A stretch of 64,000 nt of DNA from Lentisphaerota bacterium (GCA_016873675.1 VGWG01000003.1:3626-67625), one strand, 5' to 3'. Counted from the stretch's first letter, positions 10,473-20,037 are shown. Notes: a model not told the origin generated them from the letters alone. Program-made: numbers and translations.

Positions 10473-11073
10473 CTGCGGCCTCCTTTTCGTCGTTGCCACC
10501 CCGCAACGCCAGTCCGCCAGCCACTTCGCCCACCCCAAAGACCAGGCCCATGGGGCGGGGGTCGGTAAACTGCAGCCCGGGCATCATCAGGCAGACGGCG
10601 CCCGCGACCAGATAAAAGAACCCCACCAGATACACACCCACCGGCAGATTGCGGCGGTAGGCCAGGTGTACGAGTCCATAGCAGAGCATCCAGACGCCGG
10701 GAAGCAGGTCCATGGCGTCCACCCGCCAGAGCGCAATAGAAAGGGCTCCCCCGACACCCAGCGGCGGCAGCGACTCGAGCGCTGGCACCCATTCGGCCCG
10801 CCGTTGCCAGCGACCCGCCCGGCCCATCCAGAGCAGCAGCGCGCCGTAATTCACGCCGCCTGCAAGCACCAGCACCGCCGCCCACCCCGCCAGATGAACC
10901 AGCGGCGCGTCCGGCGGCGCGAAACGCCCCAATACGGCAGCGCCGATCAGGGCGACGCATCCGCCGATCATGCGCGCGCGGGACGAAAAACCACGGAACC
11001 GCAGACGGTCCTGCACGACCCCCTGCATCTCCCGCACCTGCGCCAGCGCCTCGTGTACACCCCTGTCCGCCAT
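10453..11073 (-). CDS. Small membrane protein (about 5 TM), hypothetical.
   Basis: 206 aa and hydrophobic. It overlaps the downstream regulator gene by about 20 nt, suggesting an operon. Confidence 0.45.
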   Translation of the reverse strand: MADRGVHEALAQVREMQGVVQDRLRFRGFSSRARMIGGCVALIGAAVLGRFAPPDAPLVHLAGWAAVLVLAGGVNYGALLLWMGRAGRWQRRAEWVPALESLPPLGVGGALSIALWRVDAMDLLPGVWMLCYGLVHLAYRRNLPVGVYLVGFFYLVAGAVCLMMPGLQFTDPRPMGLVFGVGEVAGGLALRGGNDEKEAADDGFPA

Positions 11074-11134
11074 GCCAATTCCCCTTTCGACGAAACCAGA
11101 TTAGCAAACGGCAAAGCGCTTTGCAACACAAAGT

Positions 11135-11356
11135 TTAACCGGCATAGATCAACGCAGGGGCCCCGGCGGCTTTCTCCCGCTCGCAGAAGATGCGAATCGG
11201 CTTGATGAAATCGGAATTGAATGTCATGGACGATTTGATTTCAACGGGCATCCATGAGCGCCCGTGCTGAACGATAAGATCGATTTCAAAACCCTTGTCG
11301 TCACGCAATGGGGTCTCTTCCTTTATGCGGGAACGGACAACCCATCCCCGGCGCAA
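11135..11356 (-). pseudogene. Remnant C-terminal fragment of a DUF4143/AAA ATP-binding protein.
   Basis: 73 aa (…GFEIDLIVQHGRSWMPVEIKSSMTFNSDF…) matches only the extreme C-terminus of DUF4143 ATPases. There is no upstream N-terminal part. The region is lower-GC. Confidence 0.45.
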
Positions 11357-11455
11357 ATATCAAGTAGAATCTTAAAAATGCGCTTCACCCCGCTTATCAT
11401 CAAGATAGACAGTCGGTAGGCCCGTCCCTATCGTTCCGCCCGATCAGACTTCGTG

Positions 11456-12622
11456 TTAATTCCTTTGTCTGCCCGCCGCGAGGATTGCATGATCTTCTGC
11501 CAGCGAGATAAGAGGAAATAGTTCGTTGTACTGCTTCTGGATGAACATCGGGGACTTCCGTCGAAATAGCCGCTCTGCCTGTCGATCTGCGATTCGCAGC
11601 GTAATCTGTTCATGTGCACAAAGGACCGGTGACACCTGGCCCAGAAGTCCGGTTGCCTGTCGATTGAGGCACCCGCAGAAATGATTGCAGCGTTCCCGTA
11701 TGGCGCATGGGAGGCATGCTTCTTTCTCCGTCGTATTTTCCAAATACAGTCTTTGGCGGCGCACTTCATCCACACCGGTTCGTACGTCTCCGATGCACCA
11801 CTCCGAATCCCCGCCGTCGCCCACAAACTGAACACAAGGGAAGATGCGCCCTGACGGCGCGATGGAAATCTGCCTACGCCCAAGTTCGCACCGTTCGTGC
11901 CGACAACTTCCCGGAAAGATGTGTCCGGCAATCTTCACATCAAATGGACTGAAATAGAACTTCTCTTCTCTGAGGGTCTGCGTCTCATACCAATCAGCCA
12001 ATTCGCCGTATTGCCGTTCAAGTTCTTTGAGTGCGCGCCGCGACCATGGTGTGCCATAGTTCAGGGAGCAAATCAGGTACCTGAATCCGCAAGCGAAGAA
12101 AAATCGGACAGATTCAGCGTACCACGACACCGTCTCGGGGGTCGTCACTAACATGACCGGCGCGTACGGTTTATGTGCGAGCAGAAGGTCGATGACCGGG
12201 CGCAGTCTTTCAAAGGTTCCGTTGCCCGACGCATCGATTCGATGAACATCGTGTGCGGCCTGCACCCCATCATGACTAAGCGCCACGAATACACCTGCGG
12301 TCAGGGGATCGGTCAGAAACGTCTTGTCGAGCAGAGCGCCATTTGTCGTTAGTTTGAAATGGAACAACTGGCCGGTCCTTGCTTCGATATCCCGACAGTA
12401 ACATATCGTCTCTCTAACAAGATCAGGACGCAACAACGGCTCGCCACCGAAGAATATAATCCCCAAGCTTTGCCCCTGCGACTGTTGCGCGCTGAGCCGC
12501 AGTGCGAGGTCAACTGCTGCTCGGGCCGTATCGGCCGTCATGGTGCCGCCCAGATGCGGTGCCGCGTAACAATACCGACAACGGAAGTTGCATTCCGACG
12601 TCAGATGGAGTGTGACGTGCAA
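11456..12622 (-). CDS. Radical SAM/SPASM-domain maturase (anaerobic sulfatase-maturating-enzyme-like).
   Basis: CNFRCRYCY (CxxxCxxC) at the N-terminus and C-terminal Cys clusters (CLPCAIRERCNHFCGC) typical of SPASM/twitch. 388 aa. GC is lower than the surroundings. Confidence 0.75.
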   Translation of the reverse strand: MHVTLHLTSECNFRCRYCYAAPHLGGTMTADTARAAVDLALRLSAQQSQGQSLGIIFFGGEPLLRPDLVRETICYCRDIEARTGQLFHFKLTTNGALLDKTFLTDPLTAGVFVALSHDGVQAAHDVHRIDASGNGTFERLRPVIDLLLAHKPYAPVMLVTTPETVSWYAESVRFFFACGFRYLICSLNYGTPWSRRALKELERQYGELADWYETQTLREEKFYFSPFDVKIAGHIFPGSCRHERCELGRRQISIAPSGRIFPCVQFVGDGGDSEWCIGDVRTGVDEVRRQRLYLENTTEKEACLPCAIRERCNHFCGCLNRQATGLLGQVSPVLCAHEQITLRIADRQAERLFRRKSPMFIQKQYNELFPLISLAEDHAILAAGRQRN

Positions 12623-12623
12623 A

Positions 12624-13460
12624 TCAGATGACTCCCTGTCCTTTCAGCCATTTCACAAAATCCTGCACTTGTTCGCGCAGCTCCTTTTCGCCAATGTCCT
12701 TAGCGGCTTTCTGTCTTGCTTCCCAGAAAGAGCGCCGTTCAGTATCGGTTGCCTCTTTCTTTGGATAATCCATATTAGGAGCAGAGGCGGCCGGGTCATA
12801 GAACACGGCCACAATGGTCTTTCCTTTTGTGTGAGTTAATCCATTGGTTAGGACTTGCGCTGTGGTTTTGAAATCGAAACTCGACACCGAGCACATGCGC
12901 GTGTGATCCTTCCTTTCCCAGTCGGCGAAATCCTTCCGGGTTACGACCTGGTAAGCGACGTCGTGCTGTTTGTCGTACCCGTCCAACACAAGGTCACGCT
13001 TTTGCGCGTTCGGCTTCTGTTTTCTCTCTTTCGTATTTTCGTCCCTCTCATCCAAGAACCCGAATTGATCGGTTACCGGAACCATCATATCCTTCAGCGT
13101 GAGCGCGTCTGCGGAAAAATCAATCCCCGCCTTTCTGGCCTCATCCTGGACCACTTGCCGTGCTTCGTCTTCAGAGAGGAATACGGGGGGATTCACGGCG
13201 ACACATCCGAAGCCACCCCGGCCTTCTCCGTGGATGAAAAGTGGCGCGACGCGAGGTGCGTCGACTGCCGCGTTCTTAGAGTCGCCAGCAACGGCCGGTT
13301 TCGATATAATCAGAGGGATGACCATGCTCAACACTCCCAGTACGAGGCGGTGCTGCCGCCAGCGTTCTGGAATCCATTGCAGTAGTTCCGGATGCTCCAT
13401 CAGGTATTGACGTGTCGGATAACATGGAGTTGTATATCGTCGGACTATTCGCATTTTCAT
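12624..13460 (-). CDS. Hypothetical single-TM protein (low-GC island).
   Basis: Start taken at MKMRIV (aaggaaa RBS). The longest ORF runs to 13538. There is one hydrophobic helix (LVLGVLSMVIPLII) and no recognisable domain. GC is about 52% versus about 66% in the flanks. Confidence 0.45.
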   Translation of the reverse strand: MKMRIVRRYTTPCYPTRQYLMEHPELLQWIPERWRQHRLVLGVLSMVIPLIISKPAVAGDSKNAAVDAPRVAPLFIHGEGRGGFGCVAVNPPVFLSEDEARQVVQDEARKAGIDFSADALTLKDMMVPVTDQFGFLDERDENTKERKQKPNAQKRDLVLDGYDKQHDVAYQVVTRKDFADWERKDHTRMCSVSSFDFKTTAQVLTNGLTHTKGKTIVAVFYDPAASAPNMDYPKKEATDTERRSFWEARQKAAKDIGEKELREQVQDFVKWLKGQGVI

Positions 13461-13762
13461 TGTTTTCCTTTCATAGGGCAACTCCTTAAGACGGTTGAGG
13501 GTCTTGCCTCCCGCGCAAAGCTGCGCCGACACAGGCACACATCATTTTCCAACATACGCCCTTTATTGTCTGCGCAGCGACATGCCGCACCCAAAACGAA
13601 TACTGCAAGTATGGCACGTTCCAGCGAACTTGTATAGCCCTCAAAAAATCCGATTCGGCGGTGCACTTGGTTTTACGCATTACACTGGAATCCTAGAAGG
13701 TTTTACGCTATCATCATCTGCGTCTTCGCGTTGCGCCTGTACTGAATGTGCGCCCATTTGCC

Positions 13763-15205
13763 ATGAACCATACCGTCATCGCCTGGCTCATTCCCGGCAC
13801 GGCCGCGCTGCTCGGCGCGGCCGTTCTGGCGGGCTGGCTTGCGTTTGATCCGGCGACCGATCTGGTCGTGCATGTTCCCGGCATGGATGGCGAACCCGTT
13901 CAGGCTGGCCCGACGGCGTCCGGGGCCACGGTTCGCATCGGCGATCACTTCCGGGCTGGCGATGGCACCGCCGCCGATCTCCCCGGTTCGTGGCCGGGAT
14001 TCCGCGGGGCCCGCACTGACAACCGGTGCGCCGATCCGGTGGCGCTGGCCGACCGCTGGGAGACCAACCAGCCGCCGATCCTGTGGCAGGTACAACTGGG
14101 CGAGGGCCACGCTGGCGCGGCCATCCATCGCGGCCGCGTCTATGTGCTGGATTATGACGAGACCGCGCGGCGTGATCTCTTGCGCTGCCTCTCTCTCGCG
14201 GACGGACGTGAACTCTGGCAGCGGGGGTATCCGGTGGAGGTTCCGCGCAACCACGGCTTTTCGCGTACCGTCCCGGCCGTAACCGACCGCCACGTCGTGA
14301 CGCTCGGCCCCCGCTGCCATGTCATGTGCGTGGATGCCGTCACCGGCGACCTGCGGTGGGGGCTGGACCTGGTCGCGACGTTCGGCTCCAAAGTCCCCAT
14401 GTGGCATGCCGGCCAATGTCCGCTGATTGTTGACGACACGGCCATCCTCGCGCCAGCCGGTCCCGAGACGCTGATGATGGGCGTGGATTGCGCGACGGGG
14501 CAGATCCGCTGGAAAACCCCCAACCCGGACGGTCTGGAGATGTCGCACGCCTCGATCATGCCTGCGGTAATCGGCGGCGAGCGCATGGTTGTCTATGCCG
14601 CGCTGGGCGGGATGGTCGGGGTCAGCGTCGAAGCTGGGCGGGAGGGCACGCTGCTGTGGTTTACACGGGACTGGGACCGCTCGGTAATCGCCCCCTCCCC
14701 GGTCATCCTGGAAGACGGCCGAATCTTCGTCACGGCGGGCTACGGCGGCGGCGGCATGATGCTCCAGGTGACGCGCGAGGGCGAGACGTTCCGCGTCGCC
14801 ACGCTGCAGACCTTCAAGGCCAACCAGGGATTCGCCTCGGAGCAGCAAACCCCCGTTCAGATTGACGGACACCTGTTCGGGGTGCTGCCCAACGATGCGG
14901 GGCCGCTGCGCAATCAGCTCGTCTGCGTCAGCCCCGATGACGCGCGAACCTTCGTCTGGACGAGCGGACGCGATCGCCGGTTCGGCCTCGGCCCCTACCT
15001 CGCCGCCGATGGCAAGCTCTACGTGCTCGCCGATGACGGAATGCTCACCATGCTGCGCGCGACGGCCGAGGGCTACCACGAGCTGGGGCGGAAACACATT
15101 CTGACCGGTCACGACGCCTGGGGCCCCCTGGCGCTGGCCGGCGGGTTGCTGGTCTTGCGCGATTCCACCCGCATGGTGTGCGTGGATTTGCGCGGAGGGC
15201 ACTAA
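13763..15205 (+). CDS. Secreted PQQ-like beta-propeller repeat protein.
   Basis: N-terminal signal/TM (MNHTVIAWLIPGTAALLGAAVLAG). It has repeated G-x-V/L-Y...D-G...W motifs of PQQ/BamB-like 8-blade propellers. Confidence 0.7.
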   Translation: MNHTVIAWLIPGTAALLGAAVLAGWLAFDPATDLVVHVPGMDGEPVQAGPTASGATVRIGDHFRAGDGTAADLPGSWPGFRGARTDNRCADPVALADRWETNQPPILWQVQLGEGHAGAAIHRGRVYVLDYDETARRDLLRCLSLADGRELWQRGYPVEVPRNHGFSRTVPAVTDRHVVTLGPRCHVMCVDAVTGDLRWGLDLVATFGSKVPMWHAGQCPLIVDDTAILAPAGPETLMMGVDCATGQIRWKTPNPDGLEMSHASIMPAVIGGERMVVYAALGGMVGVSVEAGREGTLLWFTRDWDRSVIAPSPVILEDGRIFVTAGYGGGGMMLQVTREGETFRVATLQTFKANQGFASEQQTPVQIDGHLFGVLPNDAGPLRNQLVCVSPDDARTFVWTSGRDRRFGLGPYLAADGKLYVLADDGMLTMLRATAEGYHELGRKHILTGHDAWGPLALAGGLLVLRDSTRMVCVDLRGGH

Positions 15206-16191
15206 TGCACAAGGGAACGACGCTTCTTTTTCTGGCTGGCGTACTGGCGTGTGCGGGCATCGTGGCCAAGCGGGGCTGCGCGACAGTCCCGCGGGCTGGT
15301 GACCGGATGATCGAAGCCAAAATATCCGCCTACGACGCACAGATTGCCTCCTTGGCCGTGATCGACCCAGCCCTGATCCTCTACCGTGAGGCCCGTCCGC
15401 TGGTGCCTCCCGGACTCACGGTTCTGCGCGCGATCGCGGTGGGTCCCGACGACCGGATCTATGCCGGCGGCGGGAGCAATCTGGTCGTCCTGTCAGCACA
15501 GGGAGAAACCATCCGGAGCCAAACGTTCGACGGCGACATCTCCTGTCTGGCCGTGGACGCGAAGGGCCGAATGTATGTCGGACTCGGCACTGCCGTTCGC
15601 GCCTTTGACGCGGAGGGCCGCCCGACCGCAACCTTCGCCGGTATCGGATCGGATGCGATCATCACGTCCCTGGCGGCCGCCGACGACGATGTGTTTGTGG
15701 CAGATGCCCGGAGCCTGACCGTGCTGCGCTACGCGCCCGACGGCGTTCTCAAGAACACGATCACCGGTCGGCACGGTCACCCGGAGGAGCGCGGTTTCAT
15801 TGTGCCGAGCCCCAGCTTCGACCTCATGCTCGGTCAGGGGGAAACCCTGTGGATCGTCAATCCCGGCCGACACCGGCTGGAGGACTACGCCTTTACCGGC
15901 GAGCGAATCGCCGTCTGGCCGGAGCGCCCCGGGATGGGAATTGAGAATTTCTCCGGCTGCTGCAACCCGGCCCATGTCGCCCGCCTCGCCGACGGCTCGG
16001 TCGTGACCAGCGAGAAGGGGCTCTCCCGTGTGAAGGTGTACGCGAAGCGCGGCGGCTTCACGGGCGTGGTCGCCGCCCCGGACCACTTCGACAGCGCCGC
16101 CGCAGGCTTGGACCTGACCGTGGATTCCAACGACCGGATTTTGGTGTGTGACACCGACCGCCTGCAGATCCGCGTGTTTGAGCTGAAATAA
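15205..16191 (+). CDS. NHL-repeat / six-bladed beta-propeller lipoprotein.
   Basis: TAATG overlap with the previous gene. Lipobox FLAGVLAC. Repeated …DG.IYVAD/…RI.V.D blades. Confidence 0.6.
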   Translation: MHKGTTLLFLAGVLACAGIVAKRGCATVPRAGDRMIEAKISAYDAQIASLAVIDPALILYREARPLVPPGLTVLRAIAVGPDDRIYAGGGSNLVVLSAQGETIRSQTFDGDISCLAVDAKGRMYVGLGTAVRAFDAEGRPTATFAGIGSDAIITSLAAADDDVFVADARSLTVLRYAPDGVLKNTITGRHGHPEERGFIVPSPSFDLMLGQGETLWIVNPGRHRLEDYAFTGERIAVWPERPGMGIENFSGCCNPAHVARLADGSVVTSEKGLSRVKVYAKRGGFTGVVAAPDHFDSAAAGLDLTVDSNDRILVCDTDRLQIRVFELK

Positions 16192-16203
16192 GGGGGGAAC
16201 GCC

Positions 16204-16437
16204 ATGACCACCATCAACGAGACCCGAAGTCGCCGCGAATTCATCCGATTCTGCGGCCGTTTGGCTGTGCTGGGCGGCGCCGCGTACTACGCCTCGCGGC
16301 TGTTCCTCCGCGGCCAAGTTTCTTTGCCCGGACAATCCTGCGAGAACCAGGGGATCTGCTCATCCTGTCGCGCCTACTCCCGCTGCGGCCTGCCGCAGGC
16401 GTTGTCCCGGCGCCGGGCACAGGGGGGCCGCTCATGA
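16204..16437 (+). CDS. Small (77 aa) twin-arginine-signal Cys-rich protein.
   Basis: SRREFIRF followed by a hydrophobic stretch (Tat-like), then CENQGICSSCRAYSRCGLP. There is a strong RBS (aagggggga), and the ATGA overlap couples it to the next gene. Confidence 0.5.
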   Translation: MTTINETRSRREFIRFCGRLAVLGGAAYYASRLFLRGQVSLPGQSCENQGICSSCRAYSRCGLPQALSRRRAQGGRS

Positions 16438-17024
16438 CAACACCCCAAAAAACCGACGCGCTGGCGGCTGGCGTCACCCGCAGACAGTTCATTAAGAACG
16501 GGCTGTGGGGACTGGCCGTGGCCGCCGTCGGCGCCGCCACCGGCCTGTCTGCATCGCGCAGCAGCCGATCATCGCGCGTCTGGCAGATCGATCCCACCCT
16601 GTGCGTGCAGTGCGGCCGATGCGAGACCGCGTGCGTGCTGACGCCGTCAGCCGTCAAGGCGGTTCATGCCTACGCCCTCTGCGGCTATTGCAAGCTGTGC
16701 GGCGGCTACCATCAGCCGCAGGCGCAACGGATTGACACGGCCGCCGAGAACCAGCTCTGCCCGGCGGGCGCGCTTATACGCACGTTCGTCGAGGATCCGT
16801 TCTACGAATACACGATCAACGAGGAGCGCTGCATCGGCTGCGCGGTCTGCGTGAAAGGCTGCAGCCAGTTTGGCAACGGCTCACTCTTCCTGCAAGTGCG
16901 GCACGACCGCTGCGTGAACTGCAACGACTGCGCCATCGCGCGCGCCTGCCCCGCAGGCGCGTTCCGGCGCGTGCCAGCCGACCAACCCTATCTTGTGAAG
17001 GGAGCGCCGGATGCGCACGTTTAA
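16434..17024 (+). CDS. Tat-exported NapG/MauM-like ferredoxin (4x[4Fe-4S]).
   Basis: It has a TRRQFIKNGLWGLAVAAVGAA Tat signal and four Cys clusters: CVQCGRCETAC, CGYCKLCGG...CPAG, CIGCAVCVKGC and CVNCNDCAIARACPAG. Confidence 0.8.
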   Translation: MTTPQKTDALAAGVTRRQFIKNGLWGLAVAAVGAATGLSASRSSRSSRVWQIDPTLCVQCGRCETACVLTPSAVKAVHAYALCGYCKLCGGYHQPQAQRIDTAAENQLCPAGALIRTFVEDPFYEYTINEERCIGCAVCVKGCSQFGNGSLFLQVRHDRCVNCNDCAIARACPAGAFRRVPADQPYLVKGAPDAHV

Positions 17025-18282
17025 AGCTCTGTGGATGGGCGTGGGCGTCTGGGTGACAGCGCTGACGCTCCGGGCGGCGGATCGTTTTCCGCGGCCAGAT
17101 TTCAAAACGGACTATGTGTCGCCCGACCTCCTCCTGCCCGGCGCCAGAGGGCCGCTACTGGAGTGGCTGGACGTCGCGGTTCTGGCTGCGGCTCTGGCGC
17201 TGGCGGGCTGGCTCGCCATCCGGAATCGGTCGCGGCGGGGGTTGGTGCTGCTCACCCTCTTCAGCCTGGGTTATTTCGGCTTCTGGCGACGCGGCTGTGT
17301 CTGCGCCGTCGGCGCCGTGCAAAATCTGGCGCTGGGGTGGGCCGATGCCAGTTGCGCGATTCCGCTGACGGTCATCGCGTTTTTTGTTCTGCCGTTGCTG
17401 GCGACGCTGCTCGTCGGCCGCGTGTTCTGCGCGTCGGTCTGTCCTCTGGGCGCGATCCAGGAACTGGCGTTGTGGCGGCCGATCAAGACGCCCATCTGGC
17501 TGAATCACACGCTTGGCCTTCTGCCCTGGGGGTATCTGAGCGTCGCCGTGCTGTTTGCCGCGACGGGCGCGGGTTTCCTGATTTGCGAATGGGATCCCTT
17601 TGTGGGCTTCTTCCGGCTGGGCGCGCCGTTCCATCTGGCGGTCACGGGCGCGCTGTTTCTTCTGGCGAGCCTGTTCATCGGCCGCCCCTACTGCCGGTTT
17701 GCGTGTCCGTACGGCGCGATCCTTGGGCTACTGTCCCGCGTCTCGCGGCGGCACACGACGATCACCCCGGACGCCTGCGTGCAATGCCGCCTCTGCGAGG
17801 ACGCGTGTCCCTACGGCGCCATCCGCAGTCCGCTGCCCGCCGCCGCGCCCGAGTCGCGCGCGACGGGCGTTCGGCGGCTGGCGCTGATTCTGGCGGCCGT
17901 ACCGCTCATCGCCGTCGCCGCCGCGGCAACGGGATATTTTTTCGGCAATCTGCTGTCGCGGGCGCATCCCCGCGTGGCGCTGGCGCTGGAGATTCATCGG
18001 GATGCGGCGCAGCCCATGAGCCTGGAGCGGGAGGCCTTCTTCACATCGGGCCGTGCGACCGTGGCGCTCGACGCCGAGGCGCGCGCGATTCAGAGGCGAT
18101 TTGCTGTGGGTGGCGTCTTTCTCGGCGCGCTGCTGGCGCTCACGGTTGGGGCTCAACTGATCGGACTGGCGCTCTGGCGGTCGCGAACCGACTACGAGCC
18201 GGACCGGGCGCGCTGCTTCAGTTGCGGCCGTTGCTTCGCGTATTGCCCGGTCGGTAGAAAGCGAAAGGAGTCGCCGAAATGA
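17011..18282 (+). CDS. NapH/MauN/NosR-family membrane polyferredoxin.
   Basis: Several TM helices with CxxC motifs, C-terminal CRFACPYGA and CVQCRLCEDACPYGA (2x[4Fe-4S]), and an additional CFSCGRCFAYCP motif. Confidence 0.8.
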   Translation: MRTFKALWMGVGVWVTALTLRAADRFPRPDFKTDYVSPDLLLPGARGPLLEWLDVAVLAAALALAGWLAIRNRSRRGLVLLTLFSLGYFGFWRRGCVCAVGAVQNLALGWADASCAIPLTVIAFFVLPLLATLLVGRVFCASVCPLGAIQELALWRPIKTPIWLNHTLGLLPWGYLSVAVLFAATGAGFLICEWDPFVGFFRLGAPFHLAVTGALFLLASLFIGRPYCRFACPYGAILGLLSRVSRRHTTITPDACVQCRLCEDACPYGAIRSPLPAAAPESRATGVRRLALILAAVPLIAVAAAATGYFFGNLLSRAHPRVALALEIHRDAAQPMSLEREAFFTSGRATVALDAEARAIQRRFAVGGVFLGALLALTVGAQLIGLALWRSRTDYEPDRARCFSCGRCFAYCPVGRKRKESPK

Positions 18283-20015
18283 CGCCCCCACTTTCTCCAG
18301 CGGAATCGCTGCGCGTGGTCATCGGCCGCCGGCTGGCGGCGGTCTCCGCCGTGTTCATCATCATCGTTTCGCTGTTGATGGCGACGAACCGGTATCTGCT
18401 CAATACCATTGATCCGCTCGATACGCCCGCGCTGAAGACGTTATCCGAAAAGCTGGAGCGGGATGGGGAGAATGCCGAGCTCCGGCAACAGGTGCGCGAA
18501 TTGGACTGGCTGGCCCGCCGGGCGTTCTTCGTGCGACAATGGCAGCTTGAGACCGGCGCCAGCCTGCTGGGCGTTGCGGGTGTCGTGTTCCTGTTGTCAT
18601 TACAGCTCATGGCATCGGGACGCCGCCCCACCCCCACCCCGCAACCCGCTTCCGGCAGGGATAATCGCTTTTGGCGGTCCGCCGCGCGCGCCCGGCGGGT
18701 CATCGCGATTAGCGGGGCGCTGATCCTGCTGGCGGCCTGGGGGCTACACCTCCGGATCGGTGGACAGTCACGGACACCCAATCCCATGCCGACGGCACCG
18801 CAGCCGGGACACTCTCCCGCGACGAATCCCCCCCTCGCTCCTGAAACCCTGATCGAACCGCTCGCAGGCGCTGGCGAGTGGCCCTTCTTCCGCGGACCCG
18901 GCGGCCTGGGCATCGCTCGCGAGGCCGATCCCCCCATCGCCTGGGACGGCGCAACCGGCACCGGCGTACTCTGGAAAACGGAGGTGCCGCGGGGCGGATT
19001 CAACTCGCCCGTGGTGTGGGGCAACCGCGTTTACCTGGCTGGCGCCGATGAACAGACGCGCGAAGTGTACGGGTACGACGCCGACACCGGCGTTCGGTTG
19101 TGGACGGCCGACACCGAGGGCGTCCCCGGAGCACCCGCCACGCCGCCAGAGGTCACCTCGGACACCGGTTATGCCGCGCCGTCGCTGGCCACTGACGGCC
19201 GGCGGGTGATTGCGATCTTCGGCACGGGCGTCATCCTTGGCCTCGACGCCGAGGGCCGCCGCCTCTGGGCGCGCCATCTGGGCACGCCCGGCAATCCCTA
19301 CGGACACGCCTCATCCCTGCTGATTCTGCGCAATCTGGTCTTCGTCCAATTCGACCATACCGGCGGCTCATCGGTCAAGGCGCTGGATGTGGAGACTGGA
19401 CAGGACCGCTGGGAACAGTCGCGGGAGGGCGCGATCTCCTGGGCGTCGCCCATCCTCACGGACGCGGACGGACGCCTGCGGCTGATCCTCTCGGCGGCGC
19501 CGATGGTGGCCGCCTATGACGCCCTGACAGGGGCTGAACTCTGGATGCAGGATGTGCTTAGCAACGAGATCGGCGCGTCTCCCGCCTATGCGAACGGCCG
19601 CGTGTTCGCCGCCAACCGGTACGCCCAGGCCGTCGCGCTCGACGTCGCCTCGGGCGACGTGATCTGGTCGTCCACCGATCTGGATTTGCCCGACGCCGGA
19701 AGCCCCGTCGCCGACGGCAACCACCTCTTCATGCCCACGAGCGACGGGACGTTTTCCTGCATCGCTGCGGCGGATGGTTCGCGGATCTGGCGCCACGAGT
19801 TTGACACGGGCGGCTACGGCTCGCCAATCCTCGCCGCAGGCCGCATCTACTGGATCACCGCCGATGGTCGGACGCGCATCTTCAAGGCCGCCGAAACCTT
19901 TGAATTGATCGCTGAACCGGACCTCGGAGAAGCCAGTGTCTGCACCCCGGCCGCCGTCGGTCGCCGCCTCTATATCCGGGGCGTCAAACACCTGTTCTGC
20001 ATCGGACCGAAATGA
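18279..20015 (+). CDS. Membrane-anchored PQQ-like beta-propeller repeat protein.
   Basis: N-terminal TM (VSAVFIIIVSLLMA) and a Pro-rich linker, followed by PQQ/BamB-like repeats (VYGYDADTGVRLW, VKALDVETGQDRW, ...). Confidence 0.7.
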   Translation: MTPPLSPAESLRVVIGRRLAAVSAVFIIIVSLLMATNRYLLNTIDPLDTPALKTLSEKLERDGENAELRQQVRELDWLARRAFFVRQWQLETGASLLGVAGVVFLLSLQLMASGRRPTPTPQPASGRDNRFWRSAARARRVIAISGALILLAAWGLHLRIGGQSRTPNPMPTAPQPGHSPATNPPLAPETLIEPLAGAGEWPFFRGPGGLGIAREADPPIAWDGATGTGVLWKTEVPRGGFNSPVVWGNRVYLAGADEQTREVYGYDADTGVRLWTADTEGVPGAPATPPEVTSDTGYAAPSLATDGRRVIAIFGTGVILGLDAEGRRLWARHLGTPGNPYGHASSLLILRNLVFVQFDHTGGSSVKALDVETGQDRWEQSREGAISWASPILTDADGRLRLILSAAPMVAAYDALTGAELWMQDVLSNEIGASPAYANGRVFAANRYAQAVALDVASGDVIWSSTDLDLPDAGSPVADGNHLFMPTSDGTFSCIAAADGSRIWRHEFDTGGYGSPILAAGRIYWITADGRTRIFKAAETFELIAEPDLGEASVCTPAAVGRRLYIRGVKHLFCIGPK

Positions 20016-20037
20016 AACCCCGCGAAGGCAACTGCCT

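Noticed and set aside
13609-13628. Sigma-54-like element TGGCACGttccaGCG upstream of the redox operon.
   Set aside because: The GG-to-GC spacing is 9, not the required 10, nt, and the -12 TTGC is missing. It is probably chance.
13703-16335. Minus-strand ORFs 13703-15340 (545 aa) and 15493-16335 (280 aa).
   Set aside because: They are antisense to the PQQ-propeller and NHL genes, whose frames carry repeat motifs, signal peptides and coupled starts.
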